Below, one piece after another: positions 40,876 through 48,677 of a stretch of 64,000 bases of DNA (positions are counted from its first letter, which is position 1; every line of letters begins with the position of its first letter). The notes beneath the pieces are model-generated. The model was not told where the DNA came from and did not search any database. It was given only the letters and a program-made list of their open reading frames with translations. Position numbers and translations under genes: made by a program. Source of the stretch: Bacteroidales bacterium (GTDB lineage Bacteria; Bacteroidota; Bacteroidia; Bacteroidales; UBA4417); assembly GCA_016707705.1 (NCBI GenBank), contig JADJHD010000020.1, forward strand, positions 8,918 through 72,917, written 5' to 3'.

Positions 40876-43758
40876 TTAATCGATCCTGATATTGCCGGGT
40901 TTGAAATGATCGCTGTTACCATTAGGATGACAGTTCAGGCAGGCTGCACTGTTATAGGAATATCCGCTAACACCCTGATGATCGTTATTGGTTGATGATT
41001 GAGGGTGGCAGGATGTTGTACAGGTAAATTCTCCAAAATTTGATGGATTTGGATGGCAATCAGAACAAGTATTCCATTCACCGTTATGCTGCCCGGAATA
41101 AATCGGGAAATACTGTGAGTCATGATTGAAGGTCGATGGCTGCCAGGAAGATTGCGTATGGCAATCCTGACAGCTGGTAGGGAATTGAGCAGTTTGATGA
41201 TCAGGGTCGTTAGTCTGGTTATAATTGTTAATATGGCATCCTGCACAGGTGTTTGGAGTAGAATTGTAGTTGCCATTATGACAATCGCCGCATTGGTTTG
41301 CAATCGAAACGTGGGCTCCGGCCAAAACATAATAATTGTTGTGAATTGGGAAAGTAGCTGGTGCCCATCCCGGATTTGTAGTATGACAAGTTGCACATTG
41401 ATTCGGAATGCCTAATGCCTGATGATTGGGATTGGCACTTTGATTATAAGCCGACTGGTGACAACCCTCACAATTGGTAGGCGTATTCGCATAGCCATTC
41501 ACATGGCATAGGCTGCAGTTGGTTATGGAAGCATGAGCCCCGGTAAGTGGATAAACATTGTTATGATTGAATGTTGAAGGCACCCATGCAGTCTGTGAAT
41601 GGCAGCTTTGGCATTCAGTTGAAAACTGTGAAGTCTGATGATTAGGATTCGTGGTTTGGTTATAATCATCGGAATGACATCCAAAACAAGTATTTGGAGT
41701 ACTGGTATAATTCCCCTGATGGCAGGCAGCACAATTTGTAGCAATAGCTGTATGAGCTCCCTGAATGACGTAATAATTGCTGTGAGTCGGGAAACTTGCC
41801 GGCGTCCAGCCCGGACCAGTGGTATGACATTGTGCACAATCACTGGAAATGCCTATTCCATTATGATTTGGATTTGATGTTTGATTATAGTTATTAATAT
41901 GGCAATTGGCACAGACTGTTGTGGTGCCGCTGTACCCATTAGAATGACATGAAGCACAGTCATTGATAGCATGTCCTCCGGTTAATGGAAAATTCGAGCT
42001 TGAATGATTAAAGCTTCCTTCAGATGAACCTGTAGGATGACATTCAAAACAAGCCACACTGTTGTATGCATACCCTCCTACTCCCTGATGTTCATCATCG
42101 GTATCAGCCTGATTGTGTTCATGGCAATCAATGCAACTGTATAATGCATAGTTTGCAGGATTGGTATGACACTCAGAACAGCTGTTCCATTCACCATTGT
42201 GTTTCCCTGAATAAATTGGGAAATATTGTCCATCATGGTTAAAGGTTGAAGGCTTCCATGCTGTTGAATTATGGCAATCCTCACAGGTAGTAGGGAACTG
42301 AGCACTCACATGCGGAGGATCGGTTGATTGGGTAAAATCAGTCTCATGGCATGCAAAGCACGTATTTGGAGTGTTCTGATAATTACCATTATGGCATTTG
42401 GCGCATTCATTAGCTATGGTTAAATGTGCTCCCTCCAGGACATAATAATTGGCATGGGTTGGGAAACCAGCTGGTTTCCATCCCGGATCTGTGGTATGAC
42501 AAGCCTTGCAATCTTCAGAAATGCCGGCTGCTGCATGATTTGGATTTGAAGTTTGATTGAAGTTGTTAATATGACAACTTGAACACTCCATGGATGTGTT
42601 CGAATATCCATTGGTATGACAATCAGTGCATCTGACCGTTACATGTGCCCCGGTTAGCGGAAAATGGGTTGAACTATGATTGAAAGCCCCATCAGTTGAA
42701 CCTGTTGGATGACAAGCATAACATGCAAGTGAGTTGTAATCATACCCGCTTACTCCTCCGTGTTCATCGTCAACCTTGCTTTGCCTGTGTTCATGGCAAT
42801 CCGTACAGCTGAATTGTCCGTAGTCATTGGGATTGGTATGGCATTCTCCGCAACTTTCCCATTCTCCCTTATGATTCCCTGAATAAATCGGGAAATAGGA
42901 TGCATCATGGGTTGTAAAACTGGCTGGTTTCCAACCCGGATCAAGCGAATGGCATAATTTGCAGTCAGTTGAAAAATCAAGTGAAATATGATTGGGATTC
43001 TGTGCAGAAGCATAGTCAGGCTGGTGACAACTGATACATTCATTTGATAAGCCAGCGTATGTGCCAGATGTATGACATTTGGCGCAATCAGTTGTTTCGT
43101 GTCCACCGGTAAGCGGGAAAAAGTTATGGTTCACTCCTGCCCCAGTCCAGGTGAAAGCATTGATATTATGGCACTCTGTACAATTGGTCGAATACTGATT
43201 TGCTATATGATCAGGATGTTTGGCAGCTTCAAAGTTTTGCCTGTGGCAATCATAGCATTCTATTCCCAATGGATCAAATCTGAGTCCTGAGGCTGAGCCT
43301 CCTGCAGATGCAGCAGGAAAAAGGTTAGTGTGACAGCTCTTGCAGTCAGTTGCAGCATGTGCTCCCAACAGTGGAAACCTTCCCTGCTGATGAAGTTGGG
43401 TAACATTACTGACCACCCAGGAATTGGGTGTATGACAGCGGGAACAATCTGGTCCGACTGTCTGCTCATGTACATCAATATGGCACTTATTACATTCTGT
43501 TGGAGCATTTGTAAAATTCATTGCAGCGTGGCAATCCTTGCAGTTTGCTGACTTATGCTGCCCGATCAACGGGAAACTGGTGCTTGAATGATTGAATCCG
43601 ATGGATTTTGCATCCACTTTCCAACTGTCAGTTTTATGACAGTCCATGCAGCTCATCTTAAAGTTCTCACCATGCGGCGACTTCTGCGCAAACAGAGGTG
43701 CAGCTGTAAAAACCCAGCTCAGGATTAGCAGCAATACTAACGATGACAATCTTCGCAT
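40876..43758 (-). CDS. Giant multihaem c-type cytochrome, about 37 haem-binding sites
   Basis: Signal peptide MRRLSSLVLLLILSWVFTAAPLFAQ. I counted 36 CxxCH motifs plus one CxxxCH (CTTSCH) in 960 aa. Internal modules are repeated. Confidence 0.9.
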   Translation of the reverse strand: MRRLSSLVLLLILSWVFTAAPLFAQKSPHGENFKMSCMDCHKTDSWKVDAKSIGFNHSSTSFPLIGQHKSANCKDCHAAMNFTNAPTECNKCHIDVHEQTVGPDCSRCHTPNSWVVSNVTQLHQQGRFPLLGAHAATDCKSCHTNLFPAASAGGSASGLRFDPLGIECYDCHRQNFEAAKHPDHIANQYSTNCTECHNINAFTWTGAGVNHNFFPLTGGHETTDCAKCHTSGTYAGLSNECISCHQPDYASAQNPNHISLDFSTDCKLCHSLDPGWKPASFTTHDASYFPIYSGNHKGEWESCGECHTNPNDYGQFSCTDCHEHRQSKVDDEHGGVSGYDYNSLACYACHPTGSTDGAFNHSSTHFPLTGAHVTVRCTDCHTNGYSNTSMECSSCHINNFNQTSNPNHAAAGISEDCKACHTTDPGWKPAGFPTHANYYVLEGAHLTIANECAKCHNGNYQNTPNTCFACHETDFTQSTDPPHVSAQFPTTCEDCHNSTAWKPSTFNHDGQYFPIYSGKHNGEWNSCSECHTNPANYALYSCIDCHEHNQADTDDEHQGVGGYAYNSVACFECHPTGSSEGSFNHSSSNFPLTGGHAINDCASCHSNGYSGTTTVCANCHINNYNQTSNPNHNGIGISSDCAQCHTTGPGWTPASFPTHSNYYVIQGAHTAIATNCAACHQGNYTSTPNTCFGCHSDDYNQTTNPNHQTSQFSTECQSCHSQTAWVPSTFNHNNVYPLTGAHASITNCSLCHVNGYANTPTNCEGCHQSAYNQSANPNHQALGIPNQCATCHTTNPGWAPATFPIHNNYYVLAGAHVSIANQCGDCHNGNYNSTPNTCAGCHINNYNQTNDPDHQTAQFPTSCQDCHTQSSWQPSTFNHDSQYFPIYSGQHNGEWNTCSDCHPNPSNFGEFTCTTSCHPQSSTNNDHQGVSGYSYNSAACLNCHPNGNSDHFKPGNIRID

Positions 43759-45344
43759 TTGATTTGATCCAGTTTATAGAGTATGAAAGTAACACCTTGC
43801 TGTTCAACAGTTTTATGGCATTTCCCGCAAGGAAGCTTATTATGCTTTCCATCAAGCTTGAACCTGGTATTGTTGTGGTCAAAGCCATCAGCAGGAAGGA
43901 AGGAGGACTGATTATGGCACCTGCTGCAGTCAGAAGTACCATCAATAACAAATTGATTCTGATGTATATCTTTATGGCATGAACTGCAGGATGTCAATAA
44001 TCCGGAGAATCGCTGGCTGTCATGACCTTTTGCCTGCTTGTTGAAATGACAATCGCGGCAGGTCTTTTTCTGGTGGGCTCCCTTTAAGGCAAAACGTGTG
44101 CTGTCGTGATTAAATTGCACCAAACTCCATTTCGAGGGTGTATGGCAATTCTGGCAACCATTAACAGCATAGTACTTTTCACTGATCAAACCCTTGTGAA
44201 TATCGTCATGGCAATCAGCGCATACCTTTCCTATATTCTTGAATTTCCACTTATCGGTTTTCTTGTGACAAGCAAAACATGGTGTTGCAAGATGCGCGCC
44301 CTGCAAGGGATAAATAAGCTGGTGCTTCTCAATTGAATAGGATGATCCGGGAAATCCATTTACTGAGTGGCATTCGGAACAATCAGGTGAAATTTTATTG
44401 CGTGTGAACTGTCCTTCATGATAATCAACATGGCAATCCCTGCAGTTCTTATGATTCAACGGAGTTGTGAGTTTAAGCTTATGGCAGGATTTGCAGTTAG
44501 TATTCTGGTGTTTACCTTCGAGCTTAAAATCAGTTTTGTTATGATCAAATCCCTTTACTCCGCCACCTACAGCAAATGATTCTGTATTATGGCAATCAGC
44601 ACACTTTTGACCGAACTTATTATTATGGACATCCATATGGCAACTGGAGCAGGAGGAGAACTGCAAACCCTTGAACTCCTGATACTTTTGTCCATTCTTG
44701 TTCGAGATCTTATGACATTCAACGCAAGCCACTGACTGATGCTTGCCTGTCAGCTGATATTTTGCCTTCCGATGATCGAATTTGGGTGCAGGCTTAAATT
44801 TTTCGTTGTTATGGCAATCAGCACAATTCGAAGAGAGCGTCTTTTGATGATAATCGGCATGACAAGCCTGGCAATCGGTTTTCAATCCAAGGTAAGTTGT
44901 TTTCTTAGCTTTTAATTTAACATCCTGAATGAACTCCGGCTTATGACAATCCTCACATTTCTTTTTACTGTGAGCTCCGCTCAGGGTATAACCTGTTAAC
45001 TTATGATCAAATTTTGCTTTATCAAATTTAATGATCTGGAAATTAACCCCATGATGATCATTATGACATGCAGCACATTGTTTCGTTTTAACTCCTGCCG
45101 ACGAATGATACCCTTTGTTCTGGTCAATTCTTGTCTTGATGGCTGTATGACAGGCCAGACATTTTGCATTGGTAACTTTTTCGCCAAGTATATGACATTT
45201 CGTGCAGTTCGACATTCCCTCAAGGTGGGAATGCACTTTTGCAAGATCTCCCGGAGAAATCTGAGCAAGAAGTTTTTGATTAGCAATCAATGAGATGATT
45301 GCAATCAATGTAAACTTTAGGAATTTGCTTAAGATTGATTTCAT
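43737..45344 (-). CDS. Multihaem c-type cytochrome, 20 CxxCH
   Basis: Has a signal peptide. 20 CxxCH motifs in 535 aa, set in repeated F(D/N)H..H...L.G.H....C..CH units (c3/c7-like). Its 3' end overlaps the next gene's start by 22 nt. Confidence 0.9.
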   Translation of the reverse strand: MKSILSKFLKFTLIAIISLIANQKLLAQISPGDLAKVHSHLEGMSNCTKCHILGEKVTNAKCLACHTAIKTRIDQNKGYHSSAGVKTKQCAACHNDHHGVNFQIIKFDKAKFDHKLTGYTLSGAHSKKKCEDCHKPEFIQDVKLKAKKTTYLGLKTDCQACHADYHQKTLSSNCADCHNNEKFKPAPKFDHRKAKYQLTGKHQSVACVECHKISNKNGQKYQEFKGLQFSSCSSCHMDVHNNKFGQKCADCHNTESFAVGGGVKGFDHNKTDFKLEGKHQNTNCKSCHKLKLTTPLNHKNCRDCHVDYHEGQFTRNKISPDCSECHSVNGFPGSSYSIEKHQLIYPLQGAHLATPCFACHKKTDKWKFKNIGKVCADCHDDIHKGLISEKYYAVNGCQNCHTPSKWSLVQFNHDSTRFALKGAHQKKTCRDCHFNKQAKGHDSQRFSGLLTSCSSCHKDIHQNQFVIDGTSDCSRCHNQSSFLPADGFDHNNTRFKLDGKHNKLPCGKCHKTVEQQGVTFILYKLDQIKCEDCHR

Positions 45345-45367
45345 GATTATGTCGTCTCTTCTGGCTG

Positions 45368-46701
45368 TTAGTTATGCTTAAGCAAAGCTTCACCGTATTT
45401 GCGGGTGATGATAACCCCGGCCTTCTTTAGGAATTCAATAGGTAGTTCTCCTCCAGCAAATATGAATACCAGATCATTCTTAATCATTATCTCCTCTGCA
45501 TTCTTAATGCCTTTCAGCACTACCGATTCCTTTAGAATATTCACAGGCAAAGTTTCGAAGATGACCTTCAGCTTCCCATCATTCATAGCTTGCTTAATGT
45601 TCTCGGCATTTTTAGGCTTTAACCGGCTAAACACATCACCACGATAGGAAAGCGTAACCTTGTTTTGATCGCATAGCAAAAGTGCGGATTCAATGGCTGA
45701 GTCTCCTCCTCCAACAACCAGGACTTCCTTTCCAGAAATTTCTTCAGGTTCAAGTAAGCGGTATGCTACTTTCTCCATCATTTCTCCCGGGACTCCAAGT
45801 TTCCTGGGAGTTCCCCTTCTGCCTACTGCCAGTAAAACAGTATTTGATGTAAGGATCTTCCCATTTCCGGTTTCGACCCTAAAAACTCCGTTTTCCTGTG
45901 TAATAGACTCTACTTTTGAGTTTTCCCTGATATTAATCCCATTCTTCAATAGGGCTTCATTCCATAAATCGAGAAGCTCAGGTTTGGAGGTTTCAAACAG
46001 CTTAATCTTACCTATAAAGGAAGATCCATTGCTGAAGTCATTACAATTTTCTGCCTTGGGAAAGTGTACACAGTACCTCCAAGAGTATCCTGTTCAAGAG
46101 TGGTGAATCGAAGATTGTGCTTTTTTGCAGTCAGGGAGGCAGAGATTCCTGCAGGCCCCGCTCCCACTATGATGAGGTCAAACTCAGCATGATGGGGCAA
46201 TTTGTGATACTTTGCGATATTTTCAACAGCCTGTTTACCCTGCTCTACAGCATTCTTGATAAGGCCCATTCCTCCCAGTTCACCGGCGATATAAATGCCA
46301 TTGACGTTGGTCTCAAAATTCTGATTGACATGTGGAAGGTCTACACCTCTTTTCTCAGTTCCAATACACAAAGTGATGGCCTGAGTTGGACAAGCATGAA
46401 AGCAGGCTCCATGTCCTATGCATTTTGAGGCATTGATGGTAGTTGCCTTACCATCCTTGATTCCTATGATATCTTTCTCAGGGCAGGCTGACACGCATGC
46501 ACCGGTACGAATGCAGCTATTGATATCAATAACAGGATGAAGTGACACCGGTTCAAACAGGCCTTCCTGTTTCGCCTTATTAATTTTCTCTTCAACAATC
46601 TTCGATTCCCGCTTTTGCTTTCGGAGATATATCCACACAACGAGGATGCAAAAAAGCGCAACTCCTCCATAGATTGCAATTTGCTCAAGGGCAGATTCCA
46701 T
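45368..46701 (-). pseudogene. Membrane-anchored 2x[4Fe-4S] ferredoxin-domain / FAD-NAD(P) pyridine-nucleotide-disulfide-type oxidoreductase, split by a 1-nt frameshift near 46012-46022
   Basis: ORF 46012..46701 carries a TM helix, CIRTGACVSACP and CIGHGACFHACP, and the GxGxxG motif DLIIVGAGPAG. It stops after ...AMDLPL. The next frame reads FIGKIKLFETSKPELLDLWNEALLKNGINIRE and runs straight into ORF 45368..45949, which carries the second Rossmann motif LVVGGGDSAIESA. Confidence 0.8.
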
Positions 46702-46705
46702 AGTT

Positions 46706-47575
46706 TTAGAATATCCAGCGGTAACCGAAAGTAATGGTTACTGCTACGTGAATAATCATGATTACAAGCATTACAAGTGCAAATGGCAAATGAGCTACAT
46801 GCCAGTATTTGAATAAGTTTTGCATGGTGGTTAAACGCTCTATCCTATGATTCAGTGATATTTCCGATTTAACGGATTTAATAATGCTTTTCACCTGATC
46901 ATTGGGGACTTGCTTATCTCTAAGGAGTTTCCTGACATTTCGAAGGTTACGTCTCTCCTTTCCGTATTGACGAATTATCCGGACGAAAAAATTCTCATCC
47001 ATTCTCTTTATACCAACCTGAGTCAGTGCCTCTATTTGCCGGGCACTTTCTTCATCCACCTGAACTGCCATCTGAATGGTTGCATTCATTTCACCCTTAA
47101 GTTCACGGATCTCATTCAAACTCAGTGCACGTCCCTCTATACTTCTTGGTATCTGAATATAGATAAACCTTCCAATAATGCCACTGAGGAATACCGCAAC
47201 CATACTCCAGAAGCTAATGGCGACAATACCTCCAAACTTAAAGGAAGTATGGAACAAAACCAGAATCGGACCAAGAGTACAGAGAAAAATGTGAAACTCA
47301 AGCCAATGTTTCAGAATTCCAAGTCGGCCAAGGCGTCTGACTCTTTTTCTGACCATATAAATAAGGACGCCAAATATCATAAAGAGAGATCCAATAATTC
47401 CCACTCCATGTCCCAAACTTCCACTAGGTTTCAGTTCAGAATGGTCAGCGTGAAAGAATCTTTCTTCAAGTCCGGTATTGTAATAGGAGTAACCTTTCTG
47501 AATAAGCAGAAAGAGTGCCGTTGCTACGAGCAGCGACATAATGGCAATGTAAATACCGTGTGTTACCCTTGACAT
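46706..47575 (-). CDS. Polytopic membrane protein with intramembrane His pairs (possible b-haem binding), unknown family
   Basis: Five predicted TM helices. His residues lie inside TM3 (KHWLEFHIFL...LVLFH) and TM5 (WHVAHLPFALVMLVIMIIHV). A ~115-aa charged helical cytoplasmic loop separates them. It is the first gene of the operon. Confidence 0.55.
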   Translation of the reverse strand: MSRVTHGIYIAIMSLLVATALFLLIQKGYSYYNTGLEERFFHADHSELKPSGSLGHGVGIIGSLFMIFGVLIYMVRKRVRRLGRLGILKHWLEFHIFLCTLGPILVLFHTSFKFGGIVAISFWSMVAVFLSGIIGRFIYIQIPRSIEGRALSLNEIRELKGEMNATIQMAVQVDEESARQIEALTQVGIKRMDENFFVRIIRQYGKERRNLRNVRKLLRDKQVPNDQVKSIIKSVKSEISLNHRIERLTTMQNLFKYWHVAHLPFALVMLVIMIIHVAVTITFGYRWIF

Positions 47576-47629
47576 TTAACCGTATTTCGTTATATTAACA
47601 CTCAGCAATCAAAATCAACAATTTAGATA

Positions 47630-47637
47630 CAAAGTTA
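47630..47637 (-). promoter_or_regulatory. -7 box (TAnnTTTG) candidate for the cytochrome operon
   Basis: Minus strand reads TAACTTTG, 55 nt upstream of the ATG at 47575. Confidence 0.3.
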
Positions 47638-47909
47638 GAAGTAATCATAAAGACTACTTATTGCAGATTCTATTTAGAGCCATTCCAAATAATTAATCAT
47701 CAGATTTACAAAAAGTAACACTAAAAACACTATTAAAATTTAGCGTTAAGATTGGTGGTTGGTGAGGAGTATAACGTCAAATTCTTCCATGTTATTTCGA
47801 GAGATGCCCGAATATTATCTTTCTGCCTTAGGATTTGACATTTGCAATAGAAAATGGATAGATAAAACTATTCAATGGACTTGGATTCAATATTTCTTAA
47901 ATTTGCATC

Positions 47910-48209
47910 ATGAAAGAGAGAATCACAAAATCCTTCTCATATGCCATTATACTGCTGTCACTGCTAATGTGCATAGATGAGAGTTTATTGTTCTTCTCCG
48001 ACAATACGAACAATATCTGCTTAACCATTCCAGATTGCAATTCGAATGTTCATCATGATAACTCGGGCTCTCCCGAACATTTTTATCAAAAGAATTCCAT
48101 ACACTTGGATTCTTCCCATAAACTGATAGCAAAGCAAGGCCTCCTGCCTGATTATCCACTTATCAGTCAATATTCTGCCTCCATTTGGCAGCCACCAAAG
48201 GTTTCCTAG
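47910..48209 (+). CDS. Small hypothetical exported or membrane protein
   Basis: 99 aa with a hydrophobic N-terminus (FSYAIILLSLLMCI). The C-terminus ends ...SIWQPPKVS. I recognise no family. Confidence 0.4.
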   Translation: MKERITKSFSYAIILLSLLMCIDESLLFFSDNTNNICLTIPDCNSNVHHDNSGSPEHFYQKNSIHLDSSHKLIAKQGLLPDYPLISQYSASIWQPPKVS

Positions 48210-48289
48210 ATCACCCAGTTGAAGTTAATTCAGAATAATAAGCACATTAGCTTGTTATTCAATTATTTCACCATGCAAACCTTTGCAAT

Positions 48290-48664
48290 ATGGATATTTC
48301 CGAATTATTTGAAGATGGCCGGAGCCACAAGAAACATTATTCCAAAAAGTCTGATTACAGATATCATCAAAAGGATAATCACTTCACACCAGAACACCAT
48401 CATGAACATTATGATGACAACTACAGTCGACCTCATAATAAACATGGCTTTTCAGGTCACAGGAGCAATGACTTTTTGATGCGAGTTGCTCAGCATCTGA
48501 AAGCTAATCCCAGGCTTAGGTTGCTGATTATTGTAATCTGCCTCATCCTGGCAATTCTTATCATCGGACTAATAGTAATGATACTGCCCGCAATACTCTC
48601 TTTCCTTGAGCGATTGCTTTCAGGGGATTTGGTTAAGTCTTTTCAAAATCTTCTAAAAGACTAA
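48290..48664 (+). CDS. His-rich small membrane protein (putative metal-binding)
   Basis: The N-terminal 60 aa are rich in His, Lys and Asp (HKKHYSKK..YHQKDNHFTPEHHHEHYDD..HNKHGFSGH). A single C-terminal TM helix follows. It lies directly upstream of the CDF transporter. Confidence 0.55.
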   Translation: MDISELFEDGRSHKKHYSKKSDYRYHQKDNHFTPEHHHEHYDDNYSRPHNKHGFSGHRSNDFLMRVAQHLKANPRLRLLIIVICLILAILIIGLIVMILPAILSFLERLLSGDLVKSFQNLLKD

Positions 48665-48677
48665 TACCCGCTGAAAA

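Noticed and set aside
40935-43551. Many 60-150-aa ORFs on both strands inside the 37-haem cytochrome gene
   Set aside because: These are alternative-frame products of a repetitive, stop-poor gene. The CxxCH periodicity exists only in the annotated frame.
46910-47572. 220-aa plus-strand ORF
   Set aside because: It lies entirely antisense to the 289-aa membrane-protein gene. Its composition is Ser/Asn/Lys-rich with no motifs, and the minus-strand gene has coherent TM helices and operon context.
47898-47905. TAAATTTG -7-like box before 47910..48209
   Set aside because: It ends only 4 nt before the proposed ATG, so the transcript would start inside or after the start codon. Either the gene start or the box is wrong, so it is not reported as a promoter.
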